Notes under the pieces: model-generated | What the model saw: only the letters and a program-made list of their open reading frames with translations | Database searches by the model: none | Told to the model about the DNA's origin: nothing | NCBI GenBank assembly: GCA_013285995.1 | Contig: JABDGN010000001.1 | Location: 1,051-65,050 of the forward strand | Reading direction: 5' to 3' | Length of the DNA stretch: 64,000 bases | From: Gammaproteobacteria bacterium | GTDB lineage: Bacteria > Pseudomonadota > Gammaproteobacteria > JABDGN01 | Program-made: the position numbers and the translations under genes | Part shown: in pieces, positions 42,468 through 52,647 of the stretch | Layout of the letters: each line of letters starts with the position of its first letter | Numbering within the stretch: the first letter of the stretch is position 1

Positions 42468-43799
42468 CTATTTCCGCACCCGACAATAGGTTTCTTTCGC
42501 CAAACAAGCAGCGAGAATACCCACCACCATCGTGATCGGTAAAATCAATAAAGCTAAATTAAAATCTTTAGCAGAATATTGTGCAACGCCATTGACCATC
42601 GCGTGGTCCCAATGTAAATTGAGCAAGTAACCGAATAAAGGTTCAAATACTGCGCCACCACCCATAATCAATACTGAACCTACGCCGATCGATGTGCTGG
42701 TTAAAGCGCGAGGATTGCTTTCCGCAATTAAGGGATAACCAATAATTTGCGCGCTGGTAAAGAAGCCTAACAAAAAAATCAGCAAGCCCATTAATAAAGC
42801 GTCGGGTTGATTGAGTTGCATCAATAACACCATCAATACCAGAGAGATAATAGCGGCGATAATCATCGGCTGGCAGCGGCGTCCTATTCTATCGGACAAA
42901 CCACCTAACACCGGTGAGCCCACGATGGTGCCTAAAAAAATCATACTGCTGCAAAAAGATGCGGTGGTTTTGCTGTAATGATGCACTTGTTGTAAATACA
43001 AACTGCCAAACGAAGAACCAATAATAAAAATCGGCAAATTCAACAAAGAGGTATACAGACCCGCCAACCAATTTTGGATATTGCGCAAGGCTTTGCCGAT
43101 CGAAGGCCAAAAACCCAAAGCAGTTAATTCGCGTAAATTTTCGACGTGTTGCGCTTTATAATCAGGCGGGAAATCGTAAACATTTTTAATGATGATGCCT
43201 AAAAAAACAACCCCTAATACCGCGTCGGTTAATAAGGCAGCACGCCAACCAATGTGACTCACTAAAAAAGTCATCGGCGTTTGCGCCACAAAACCGCCTA
43301 ACATCGCCATCGTCACGATAACACCAATCACAAATGCCAAGCGTTCCGTCGGAAACCAGCGCGACGCTAAACGCGCCGCACTTAAAAAACACAGCGTACT
43401 GGACAGACCAATTAAAAAACGAAATAACATCGCTAAACCATAATAAGGTGAGCAGGCCATACCAATGGTTGCAAGCGTACAAATACTCAAGCCAGTAATA
43501 ATCAATCTACGGGTGGAGAAGCGATCTAAAGCGATGCCAGCGGGAAATAAGAAAATCACATTGGCATAAAAATAACCGGCGGAAAGGGCACCAAATTGCG
43601 CGGCGGTAATATTAAACGTTTGCATCAAATCACCGCTGATGCTGTTGAACACCGTCATCTGCATGAATTCGTAAAAGAAAAATAAACTCGCAGAAATAAC
43701 CACTAACCAGGCACGAGCTGTGGATTTTTTGGCGGTGGCAACTGTAGCGGGGATAGAATTTTCTGAGGGAGTGTTGGCAGAGCTGAGCGCAATGGACAT
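42468..43799 (-). CDS. MFS transporter
   Basis: 443 aa with a 12-TM profile; tandem paralogue of the previous gene. Confidence 0.85.
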   Translation of the reverse strand: MSIALSSANTPSENSIPATVATAKKSTARAWLVVISASLFFFYEFMQMTVFNSISGDLMQTFNITAAQFGALSAGYFYANVIFLFPAGIALDRFSTRRLIITGLSICTLATIGMACSPYYGLAMLFRFLIGLSSTLCFLSAARLASRWFPTERLAFVIGVIVTMAMLGGFVAQTPMTFLVSHIGWRAALLTDAVLGVVFLGIIIKNVYDFPPDYKAQHVENLRELTALGFWPSIGKALRNIQNWLAGLYTSLLNLPIFIIGSSFGSLYLQQVHHYSKTTASFCSSMIFLGTIVGSPVLGGLSDRIGRRCQPMIIAAIISLVLMVLLMQLNQPDALLMGLLIFLLGFFTSAQIIGYPLIAESNPRALTSTSIGVGSVLIMGGGAVFEPLFGYLLNLHWDHAMVNGVAQYSAKDFNLALLILPITMVVGILAACLAKETYCRVRK

Positions 43800-43944
43800 G
43801 CGCGCATTTTACCTGAACCGGGATAAGTTGCAAGCTAAGAAAATAAAAATACCACCGATTAACCAGTCTTTATAAGGCCGTCCAGGATTTAAGCATTTTA
43901 TCGCTTTTATAACACTCAATAAAGCATGATGTTAGTAATATGCA

Positions 43945-45687
43945 TTAAAACTTAAGCTGTAATGATTTCGTTTTAGTTTCCGACGTCGCCAATGCACAGG
44001 CACGCACTTCGCCCCACATGGCCGGTAAAATAAAAGGATCTTTACACAAAAATTTATCGGTGATAATCACCGGGATATGCTGCGCATTTAACATGACATA
44101 AGCAAAATAAGTAGCGGCTGTATGGTAATCTGTCACTTGAAAATCTTCACTGCGAAATTGCATAAGCACATGATTCTGTTGTAAAGCAGAAAAAAATTTA
44201 TCAGCGACAGTTCGCGACTGAATATAAAATACATTAATCGAAACGGCTAATAAATATAAATTAAAGATAGCGGTTACTAATAACACACTATTAAATACAT
44301 ACTTAAGCCCTTGCCGATGCGGGTTAAGACATAAACCCCATGCCACTAAAATAGGTACACACCATAACTGCGGCACAAATCGCGCCCACCATATACCGCT
44401 GGTTAAAAAACAAGATAAGAGCACTGCTAAACTTAACACGCGTAAAAAAGCAGAGCGCACAAAAAACCAACTGATTAACGTTAAAATAAATAAATAACCA
44501 AACATCGGTCCAAAACCACCGAAACGCGAATCAAATGCTAACTGATGATGAATATCAAAAGGATTAAAATTTAATGCGGGGGTATAAACGGAAGCGTCAA
44601 CTTGTGAAAACAATGAAATCGCCAAGGTTTCTAACACTGGCTTTGCCAGAAAGTTAGGGTTAGCATTGGGTGGATCGATATGTGTCCAGATAAAGTTTTC
44701 AACTTTACCATGCTCAATCACTATCGCTGGATAAAATAAATTGCCTTTATGTTGCAAAGCATTTTGCACATAAGGATGATAGCCAAATATTGCGACCCCA
44801 TAAATCACTGCCACCGCCATCACCCATAAAAATTGTTTGCTTTGCACATGCGCTTTGCTGATTAGAAAATATAGAAAAATAATTGCGGCAATAAAACCCA
44901 CATAAACCAAGCCGGTAAATTTCAGATTGATAATAAAAATAGCGAGGGGAATTAATAATAATAATGACAAGCGACTGCGGTGAAAATAATAATCAGCTGC
45001 TAATAAAGCGAACCAACTGATGGTATAACCCAACATACCATCCACATAGGCTGTTGCAAATTGACTAATCGCAACTGGATTCACCACCACTAAAAAAGCT
45101 AATGCAATGGCTAACCAGTGTCGCTTTAAAGAAGCGTAAAAAATCCGATAGGCGCTACAAAATAAAATAATAATGAGTGGAATATAAATACAGCTAGGAT
45201 TAATAATATGTTGCGTAGTCAAAATTAAGCTGCCAACCATGAGCTCTAACACATACGCATAATGATTAATTAACAACAACACGATAGTTTTTAAAAAAGG
45301 AGTCGCTGCTAAATTGGCTTGCAAGTAAGTAGCCACGTTCGGCTGCCAAATAGGATTCCACCCGCTGGCTAAGGTAAAGGCGATCGGCATATGATAAGTT
45401 TGACTGTCACACGAAAAATCATAGAAGTGTGTGCTTGCCCAATACGCAAAGGCAACAATAATAACTAAACTCAGAAAATAATAAAGGAATAAACACCAGG
45501 AAGCTTTAATACGATAAAAATAATAACCGCTTACTAAAATACCGCATAAAGCAGCGAGGGGGAAAGTATAAGCCGAGAGTACAATCTTAAAGAAAAAACC
45601 CACTAAAGCGATAATCAATAAACACGCAGGTAAACTAAGACAGGTAATTTCTAATCCACGGATAAGGGAAACTAGATTTTTACTCAC
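43945..45687 (-). CDS. polytopic integral membrane protein of unknown function (GT-C/polymerase-like topology), coupled to hemD
   Basis: 580 aa with more than 12 hydrophobic helices and one ~60-aa loop (PYVQNALQHKGNLFYPAIVIEHGKVENFIWTHIDPPNANPNF). Its start overlaps the hemD stop by 4 nt. Confidence 0.55.
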   Translation of the reverse strand: MSKNLVSLIRGLEITCLSLPACLLIIALVGFFFKIVLSAYTFPLAALCGILVSGYYFYRIKASWCLFLYYFLSLVIIVAFAYWASTHFYDFSCDSQTYHMPIAFTLASGWNPIWQPNVATYLQANLAATPFLKTIVLLLINHYAYVLELMVGSLILTTQHIINPSCIYIPLIIILFCSAYRIFYASLKRHWLAIALAFLVVVNPVAISQFATAYVDGMLGYTISWFALLAADYYFHRSRLSLLLLIPLAIFIINLKFTGLVYVGFIAAIIFLYFLISKAHVQSKQFLWVMAVAVIYGVAIFGYHPYVQNALQHKGNLFYPAIVIEHGKVENFIWTHIDPPNANPNFLAKPVLETLAISLFSQVDASVYTPALNFNPFDIHHQLAFDSRFGGFGPMFGYLFILTLISWFFVRSAFLRVLSLAVLLSCFLTSGIWWARFVPQLWCVPILVAWGLCLNPHRQGLKYVFNSVLLVTAIFNLYLLAVSINVFYIQSRTVADKFFSALQQNHVLMQFRSEDFQVTDYHTAATYFAYVMLNAQHIPVIITDKFLCKDPFILPAMWGEVRACALATSETKTKSLQLKF

Positions 45688-46433
45688 TTAGCCTGACACC
45701 ACTCTTGTAAGCGCTCTAAAATGGCTTGGTCGGTCGCATTGGCAGAAACTAAAATATCCGCTGCAAAACCATTATGCTCAGCGATTTTGACCATCGCTTC
45801 ACTGATTACCAGCAAAGGCGTCGCAAATAATTTGGCGCGATCAGCTTCCGGTGTTAATTGAATCAGATTACGTAAATTTTCGCCACTGGTGCTGACAATG
45901 CAATCAATATTTTGTAAAGCGTCTTTAATCGTTGTTACATCGTAGTCAGGAATATGGCGTTCATAACTGGCGATTTTTGTAACACTGGCGCCGCGATCGA
46001 CTAAACTGTGCGCTAATAATTCACGCCCACCAACTCCTGCAAAAATTACAATTTCGGAATCCACGACATCTTGTAATTCCGGCAGTTCTAATAATGCTTC
46101 ACTATTAAATTGTTCGGTGGGATAAATCACTTCTTTAATATCCAAAGCATATAGTTCAGCGGCCGTGGTTGCACCCACTGCTAAAATTTCGCCGCGATAA
46201 TTTTTCAATAAATCCGCTGCTACCTCAACCACATTTTTTACCGCATTGCGACTAACGAAAATAATTTTATTAGCGGTTGCAAACGCATGCCGAATGGCGT
46301 CGTTATTATCCAGCGGATGAATTTTAATCGCCGGTAACAACACCGGAGAAAAATTATTTTCTGCTAGTACGGCAGCAAATTTTTTCGCTTCAGCTAAAGG
46401 GCGGGTGATAAGGATACGAGGGTTGTCAGACAT
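45684..46433 (-). CDS. hemD: uroporphyrinogen-III synthase
   Basis: 249 aa, ILITRP...A..F...L...P...LPAIKI pattern, and positioned directly downstream of hemC. Confidence 0.85.
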   Translation of the reverse strand: MSDNPRILITRPLAEAKKFAAVLAENNFSPVLLPAIKIHPLDNNDAIRHAFATANKIIFVSRNAVKNVVEVAADLLKNYRGEILAVGATTAAELYALDIKEVIYPTEQFNSEALLELPELQDVVDSEIVIFAGVGGRELLAHSLVDRGASVTKIASYERHIPDYDVTTIKDALQNIDCIVSTSGENLRNLIQLTPEADRAKLFATPLLVISEAMVKIAEHNGFAADILVSANATDQAILERLQEWCQAK

Positions 46434-46447
46434 AATTTAAATTTCGC

Positions 46448-47353
46448 TTAATAGACTTCTAATATTTTTTTAGCACCCTGGCGCAAGAGTTCTTCGCCCA
46501 AGTTTACACCTAATTCTTGCGGATGGGTACCCCGCATTTCACCACGAAGAATTTTTTTTCCATCCCGACTTGCCACTACCCCTTGCAGATAAATCTCCTG
46601 ATTGCTCATTTGCGCATGTACACCAACGGGTGAATGGCAATCACCTTGCAAATGCGCGGTGAAAGCCCGTTCGGCTTGCACGCATTGTGCGGTATTGAAA
46701 TGGTTTAAGCTTTGTAGTAATGCAATCAATTGTGTATCTTTACGGCGGCATTCAATGCCTAAAGCACCTTGTGCAACCGATGGCAGCATCTGTTCAAAAC
46801 TGAAATAGCCTTTGATATGTTCTGCTAAATCTAAACGCGCCAAGCCAGCGCTAGCTAAGATAATAGCATCATAATCACCTTGCAATAATTTTTTCAGACG
46901 TGTATCAACGTTGCCACGCAAATCGAGAATCGTTAAATCAGGACGTAAGGCTAATAATTGTGCGCGACGACGTACACTGCAAGTACCCACAGTTGCTTGT
47001 TGAGGTAAGTCAGAAAAATGCGCGTAGTTAACCGATAAAAAGACATCGCGCGGATCGGCGCGCTCCGTGATGGCCGCAATAGTCAAATCATCCGGTATTT
47101 CGTTGGGCACATCTTTCATCGAATGCACTGCAAAATCGGCTGCGCCGCTTTGCAAAGCTTGTTCTAAGGCTTTGATGAACAGACCCTTACCACCGATTTT
47201 GTCCAAGGGTTTATCGAGAATTTTATCGCCTTCGCTGGTAATCGGCAGCAATTCAATTTGCAACGCTGGATGCTGTTGCAACAGTTGCTCTTTAACGAAA
47301 TTCGCTTGCCAAAGAGCAAGGCGGCTAGCGCGGGTGGCGAGGGTTAAGTTCAT
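46448..47353 (-). CDS. hemC: hydroxymethylbilane synthase (porphobilinogen deaminase)
   Basis: LTLATRASRLALWQANFV...GGKGLFIKALEQAL..G.ADFAVHSMKDVP...GTCSVRR. Confidence 0.96.
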   Translation of the reverse strand: MNLTLATRASRLALWQANFVKEQLLQQHPALQIELLPITSEGDKILDKPLDKIGGKGLFIKALEQALQSGAADFAVHSMKDVPNEIPDDLTIAAITERADPRDVFLSVNYAHFSDLPQQATVGTCSVRRRAQLLALRPDLTILDLRGNVDTRLKKLLQGDYDAIILASAGLARLDLAEHIKGYFSFEQMLPSVAQGALGIECRRKDTQLIALLQSLNHFNTAQCVQAERAFTAHLQGDCHSPVGVHAQMSNQEIYLQGVVASRDGKKILRGEMRGTHPQELGVNLGEELLRQGAKKILEVY

Positions 47354-47362
47354 TGTGAATGA

Positions 47363-48427
47363 CTAATTTACTCTTGGATCCAATTTCCCTTCACCATATT
47401 CTTTAAACATCACTTCTAAAGATTTGACTTTAATTTTATCGGCATTGCCAGCGCTGCCAAAAGCGATATAACGTTCTTTACAAATCGTGGCCATCGCATC
47501 GATGGTTTTTTGGAAATATTTACGTGGATCGAATTCAGCGGGATTTTCCGCAAAGAATTTGCGAATCGCGCCGGTCGATGCTAAACGCAAATCGGTATCG
47601 ATATTCACTTTGCGCACGCCGTGTTTAATGCCTTCCTGGATTTCTTTGACTGGCACACCATACGTTTCTTTAATGTCGCCGCCAAACTCATTGATGATCT
47701 TCAACCAATCTTGCGGTACGGAAGAAGAACCATGCATCACCAAGTGCGTATCGGGGATCCGTTTATGGATTTCTTTAATGCGGCTGATCGCTAAAATATC
47801 ACCGGTGGGTGGACGCGAAAATTTGTACGCACCGTGACTGGTACCAATGGCAATTGCTAACGCATCGACTTTCGTGGCTTTCACAAATTCAGCGGCTTCA
47901 TCCGGATCGGTTAACATTTGATCGTGTGACAATTTGCCTTCCGCACCCGAACCATCTTCTTCACCGGCCATACCGCTTTCTAAAGAACCTAAACAACCTA
48001 ATTCACCTTCAACCGACACACCACAGGCATGCGCCATTTCCACCACGCGACGCGTGACTTCCACATTGTATTCATAACTGGCCGGTGTTTTGGCATCTTC
48101 TTTTAACGAGCCGTCCATCATCACTGAGCTAAAGCCTAATTGAATTGAACGTTGGCACACGGCGGGCGCGGCACCATGATCTTGATGCATCACCACCGGA
48201 ATATGCGGAAATTCTTCAATCGCTGCGGCAATTAAATGCTTTAAAAACGGTGCACCGGCATATTTACGCGCACCGGCGGAAGCTTGCACGATCACCGGAC
48301 TATTTACTTCGTGCGCAGCCAACATAATCGCACGCATTTGTTCGAGGTTATTGACGTTAAACGCCGGCACGCCGTAGCTGTGTTCAGCGGCGTGGTCGAG
48401 TAGTTGTCTGAGGCTTATAAGTGCCAT
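47363..48427 (-). CDS. fba: class II fructose-1,6-bisphosphate aldolase
   Basis: [13 protein letters not shown]...VIVQAS...HQDHG...GTSHGAYKF...[10 protein letters not shown]. Confidence 0.96.
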   Translation of the reverse strand: MALISLRQLLDHAAEHSYGVPAFNVNNLEQMRAIMLAAHEVNSPVIVQASAGARKYAGAPFLKHLIAAAIEEFPHIPVVMHQDHGAAPAVCQRSIQLGFSSVMMDGSLKEDAKTPASYEYNVEVTRRVVEMAHACGVSVEGELGCLGSLESGMAGEEDGSGAEGKLSHDQMLTDPDEAAEFVKATKVDALAIAIGTSHGAYKFSRPPTGDILAISRIKEIHKRIPDTHLVMHGSSSVPQDWLKIINEFGGDIKETYGVPVKEIQEGIKHGVRKVNIDTDLRLASTGAIRKFFAENPAEFDPRKYFQKTIDAMATICKERYIAFGSAGNADKIKVKSLEVMFKEYGEGKLDPRVN

Positions 48428-48476
48428 ATATTTCTCCAGGTTACTTAATTAATTGTTATCACAAAATTTTTTATCG

Positions 48477-48587
48477 GAGGGATCCCCCCTTTCGTAAAGG
48501 GGGGCAGGGGGATTTACTTTGGTTCGTAAATATTTTTAAATCGGTTAAATCCCCCTTAATCCCCCTTTACAAAAGGGGGAAAATCCC
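48477..48587. repeat. composite G5/C5 palindromic element between fba and pyk
   Basis: GGGATCCCCCCTTTCGTAAAGGGGGGCAGGGGGATTTA...TAAATCCCCCTTAATCCCCCTTTACAAAAGGGGGAAAATCCC, two hairpins plus an outer inverted repeat. Confidence 0.7.
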
Positions 48588-50014
48588 TAAACGGTTAATA
48601 TCTTCATCAAATTGGTATGGCCGGTGCCGGCAATATCGCCACCGGTCATTAAAATTTTATCGCCACTTTTTAAAATGCCTTGTTGCTTTAACAGCGCGAT
48701 CGCTTCGACACTGGCGGTATCAAATTGATAATTGGCATTGGCAAATTCAAGTGGATAAACACCGCGATATAAACACACTTGCCGCAGCGTTTTTTTATTG
48801 CGGCTCAAGGCATAAATCGGAATCCCGGAACGGATGCGCGACATCAACAAAGGCGTGTGACCTGATTCTGTCAACGCCACAATCGCTTTAATATCCATGT
48901 GATTGGCTGCATACATCGCTGACATAGCAATCGCTTCATCGACACGATGGAAAAAACATTCGACGCGGTGACCGGATATTTGCGTACTGCGTTGCCGCTC
49001 AGCACCGCGGCAAATACGCGTCATCGCTTGCACGACGCCAATCGGATGTTCACCGGTGGCGGTTTCCGCCGAGAGCATCACCGCATCGGTGCCATCTAAG
49101 ACCGCATTGGCGACATCAAATACTTCCGCGCGAGTCGGAATGCTATTGTGGATCATCGATTCCATCATTTGCGTCGCCGTAATTACCGCTTTATCTAAAG
49201 CCCGCGCGCGCTGAATAATGTGTTTTTGTGCGGCGGGCAATTCAGCATCGCCAATTTCCACACCTAGATCACCGCGTGCGACCATCACTGCATCGGAGGC
49301 TTTGATAATGTCATCGATCACTTCAATCGCTTCGGCACGCTCAATTTTTGCCACTAATTTGGCATCGCTGTTTTCAGCCTCGACTAAACTGCGGGCATAT
49401 TCCATATCTTGCGCAGTGCGCGGAAAAGAAATCGCAATGTAATCGGCATCCAATTGCACCGCGGTTTTTAAATCTTCTTTATCCTTGTCGGTTAAGGCTT
49501 CGGCTGACAAGCCACCGCCTTGCTTGTTAATGCCTTTATTATTGGAAAGCTCACCACCCACATCAACAGTACAAATAATTTGATTGCCTTCGACAGCGTT
49601 AACGGTAAATTCTAAACGGCCATCATCTAATAATAATAAATCGCCGCTTTTCACATCGCGCGGCAAGGCTTTATAATCAATCCCCACTTGGGTTTCATCG
49701 CCCTCATCAACACCTAAATCGGCATCGAGAATAAATTCTTGACCTTTTTTCAAAATCACTTTTTTATTTTTAAAGCGCGACACACGAATCTTAGGGCCTT
49801 GCAAATCGGCTAAAATAGCCACTTGCACACCCAGTTCGCTCGCTGCCTGACGCACCAAGTTAGCGCGATCAATATGATCCTGCGCTTTGCCATGGGAAAA
49901 ATTGAGACGCACGAGACTCACGCCGGCTTGAATCAAGCCTTTAATGGACGCTAAGTCACTGGTAGAGGGGCCGAGGGTAGAAATAATTTTGGTACGTTTA
50001 GGTGCTTGTTGCAT
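48587..50014 (-). CDS. pyk: pyruvate kinase
   Basis: RTKIISTLGPS...VRLNFSHG...VMVARGDLGVE...TQMLESM-type motifs. The start MQQAPKRTK is at 50014. Confidence 0.96.
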   Translation of the reverse strand: MQQAPKRTKIISTLGPSTSDLASIKGLIQAGVSLVRLNFSHGKAQDHIDRANLVRQAASELGVQVAILADLQGPKIRVSRFKNKKVILKKGQEFILDADLGVDEGDETQVGIDYKALPRDVKSGDLLLLDDGRLEFTVNAVEGNQIICTVDVGGELSNNKGINKQGGGLSAEALTDKDKEDLKTAVQLDADYIAISFPRTAQDMEYARSLVEAENSDAKLVAKIERAEAIEVIDDIIKASDAVMVARGDLGVEIGDAELPAAQKHIIQRARALDKAVITATQMMESMIHNSIPTRAEVFDVANAVLDGTDAVMLSAETATGEHPIGVVQAMTRICRGAERQRSTQISGHRVECFFHRVDEAIAMSAMYAANHMDIKAIVALTESGHTPLLMSRIRSGIPIYALSRNKKTLRQVCLYRGVYPLEFANANYQFDTASVEAIALLKQQGILKSGDKILMTGGDIAGTGHTNLMKILTV

Positions 50015-50110
50015 ATAATTAATGTCCTGCTTCAAATAAATATGTTGAGTCTAGCAGATTTTTGCGGGAAGTTCATGCTGCCTTAAGCTTGGTATGAGAT
50101 AATAGCCATC

Positions 50111-50578
50111 ATGCGCAAAGTTTCTTATTTTATTTTAGCTTTTATCCTGCTTAGCCTCACGGCCTGCCACATGGTGCCCGAAACTCTGCAACCACCGCGC
50201 ACGGTGACGATTAATATTAAAGCCGATGATAATATTAATCCTAACAATAGCGGGCAGCCGCAGCCTTTGTACATCATGTTGTTCGAATTGAAAAATGCAT
50301 CAGCGTTTAAGCGCGTATCGTTTTTTAATCTTTATCAAAAACCGGATGCCACGCTGGGCGCGGATATGCTGAGCTTGCAAAAAGTGTATATCAAGCCCGG
50401 CGATGAATTTGCGATTAAATATGAAGTAACTCGTAATGCGAAATATCTCGGTATTATTGCTGCCTACACCAATATTGATGCCGCGCAATGGCGCACCGTC
50501 GTGACTTTAGATTCGAGTTGGGGCAACGAACCGATTTGGTTAGATGTGCATGAGTTAGAAGTGGATGGGAAGAATTAG
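50111..50578 (+). CDS. tssJ: TssJ/SciN-family (type VI secretion lipoprotein-like) orphan lipoprotein
   Basis: Lipobox LSLTAC. INIKADDNINPNNSGQPQPLYIMLFELKNASAFKRVSFFNLY...LGADML...IKPGD...AKYLGIIAAYTNIDAAQWRTVVTL follows the T6SS-SciN family consensus closely. Confidence 0.75.
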   Translation: MRKVSYFILAFILLSLTACHMVPETLQPPRTVTINIKADDNINPNNSGQPQPLYIMLFELKNASAFKRVSFFNLYQKPDATLGADMLSLQKVYIKPGDEFAIKYEVTRNAKYLGIIAAYTNIDAAQWRTVVTLDSSWGNEPIWLDVHELEVDGKN

Positions 50579-50605
50579 GAGTTTGGAAAAAATCTCCTAG
50601 GACTC

Positions 50606-50678
50606 GTCATTCCCGCGAAAGCGGGAATCCAGAAATAGTCTATTTAAAGCCTGGATCCCCGCTTTCGCGGGGATGACG
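50606..50678. repeat. REP-A family element (hairpin pair)
   Basis: GTCATTCCCGCGAAAGCGGGAATCCAG...CTGGATCCCCGCTTTCGCGGGGATGACG. Confidence 0.8.
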
Positions 50679-50687
50679 AACTGTAAA

Positions 50688-51833
50688 TTAACCGCTTTTT
50701 AAAACTTCCAACTTATCCATCTTCTCCCAACTAAAATTTTCATCGGTGCGGCCAAAATGTCCATAGGTAGCAGTCGGTTTATAAATCGGCCGCAATAAAT
50801 CTAAAGTTTCAATAATCGCGCGCGGACGTAAATCGAAATGTTTTTTCACGAGTTTTACAATTTCACTATCGGGAATTTTGCCGGTGCCAAAGGTGTTGAT
50901 GCTGATCGAAGTCGGTTCAGCAATCCCGATCGCGTAAGACACTTGTATTTCGCAGCGTGAGGCTAAGCCGGCAGCGACAATATTTTTCGCCACATAACGC
51001 CCCGCATACGCGGCAGAGCGATCCACCTTCGAGGGATCTTTGCCAGAAAAACAACCGCCGCCATGCCGCGCCATACCGCCATAAGTATCGACAATAATTT
51101 TGCGACCGGTTAGCCCGCAATCACCTAAGGGTCCGCCGATCACAAAGCGCCCGGTGGGATTAACAAAAAATCGCGTTTTATCCGTGATCCATTCGACAGG
51201 CATGACAGGCTTAATAATTTCTTCAATCACCGCTTCGACTAAATCTTTATAATCAATATCCGGATCGTGTTGCGTTGATAACACAATGGTATCGGCGTGA
51301 ATCGGTTGGCCATTTTCATAGCGCAAAGTCACTTGGCTTTTTGCATCGGGCCGCAACCAGGGCAGCACTTTATTTTTCCGCAATTCCGCTTGCCGACGCA
51401 TCAACAAATGTGCATAGGTAATCGGCGCGGGCATGAATACATCGGTTTCATCACTCGCATAACCAAACATCAAACCCTGATCGCCCGCGCCTTGATCTTT
51501 GTTATTGTCGACCCCGCGCGCAATATCGACTGACTGTTTACCAATCGCCGATAACACCGCGCAGGATTCCCAATCAAACCCCATCGCCGAACTGTTGTAA
51601 CCAATTTCTTTCACGGTTTGCCGCACCAATTCTTCGATATCGACCCAGGCACTGGTCGTAATTTCACCGCCGACTAGTACCATGCCGGTTTTAACAAACG
51701 TTTCGCAAGCCACGCGCGCGTGTTTATCTTGCGCAAGAATCGCGTCTAACACCGCATCAGAAATTTGATCGGCAATTTTATCCGGGTGCCCTTCGGACAC
51801 GGATTCGGAAGTGAATAAATAATTTTCTGGCAT
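50688..51833 (-). CDS. metK: S-adenosylmethionine synthetase
   Basis: [25 protein letters not shown]...[12 protein letters not shown]...GGGAFSGKD-type motifs. Confidence 0.97.
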   Translation of the reverse strand: MPENYLFTSESVSEGHPDKIADQISDAVLDAILAQDKHARVACETFVKTGMVLVGGEITTSAWVDIEELVRQTVKEIGYNSSAMGFDWESCAVLSAIGKQSVDIARGVDNNKDQGAGDQGLMFGYASDETDVFMPAPITYAHLLMRRQAELRKNKVLPWLRPDAKSQVTLRYENGQPIHADTIVLSTQHDPDIDYKDLVEAVIEEIIKPVMPVEWITDKTRFFVNPTGRFVIGGPLGDCGLTGRKIIVDTYGGMARHGGGCFSGKDPSKVDRSAAYAGRYVAKNIVAAGLASRCEIQVSYAIGIAEPTSISINTFGTGKIPDSEIVKLVKKHFDLRPRAIIETLDLLRPIYKPTATYGHFGRTDENFSWEKMDKLEVLKSG

Positions 51834-51841
51834 AAAATTTT

Positions 51842-52564
51842 TTATAAACTATAAGTGATTCCTAAACGCACAGCTAACAAGGGAGAAGTGATATCGCTTT
51901 TAGAAGGCGTCTTATTATCAAAACCAAGAGATAATGCGTTACCAAGCCAATCCTGCGCGTTAAACTCTGGCGCAAAGATATATTGACCCTCTAAGCTAAA
52001 ACCCAAATGGGAAGAATATTGGTATCCGGCCCCTAATCCGACGACGGGCGCTATAATATTATTAGATTGGGTATTGTTGACGGTATTGTAATAATCATTA
52101 ACTGAATAACTTGCTTGATTCATAACGTACGCCGCACCTGCTTTGGCGACAATATTCCACTGTGGAGTGAAAAAATACTTACCCACTGCCAGCAGTGCTA
52201 TATCGCTAGCCTTGAAATCAAAGTTGCCAGGGAGCGCTCCTTCAAGATTGAAATTCATTGTTGAAGCGGGATAGTGATCATAGGCTAACTCTCCCCCATA
52301 AGCCCAATGCGTTTGATAGTATAAATAACCCGCATCAACTCCATAAGCGGAACCGCCTGTGGTGCCGCTCGTCGTTTCAGGAGTACTTAAGAACGGAGTA
52401 GTGAAGATGTTATTAGTCGGGATGAGAATATCACCATACCCAAATGCACCGCCAACATAAGGGTGGCCACCCGTCATATAGGCCTCATCCGCGAGGACAG
52501 TTGTACTGCTTACATTAAACGCAATTAACAACAGTGAAGCGCTGGTAAGGCGGGATATTTTCAT
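51842..52564 (-). CDS. outer-membrane beta-barrel protein (OMP_b-brl family)
   Basis: Signal peptide ...STTVLA, amphipathic strands, C-terminal LGITYSL. It lies 8 nt upstream of metK. Confidence 0.7.
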   Translation of the reverse strand: MKISRLTSASLLLIAFNVSSTTVLADEAYMTGGHPYVGGAFGYGDILIPTNNIFTTPFLSTPETTSGTTGGSAYGVDAGYLYYQTHWAYGGELAYDHYPASTMNFNLEGALPGNFDFKASDIALLAVGKYFFTPQWNIVAKAGAAYVMNQASYSVNDYYNTVNNTQSNNIIAPVVGLGAGYQYSSHLGFSLEGQYIFAPEFNAQDWLGNALSLGFDNKTPSKSDITSPLLAVRLGITYSL

Positions 52565-52647
52565 AATAGTTCTCCTAGGTTGATTATGAAGAAACCATTA
52601 TACATAAAATGTATTTTTAGTCTAGCCTAATGTTATAATTCAAAATT

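Noticed and set aside
50111-50578. A type VI secretion locus
   Set aside because: Only the TssJ-like lipoprotein is present, and the flanking genes are pyk and metK. There is no TssK/L/M, Hcp, VgrG or ClpV in the window.
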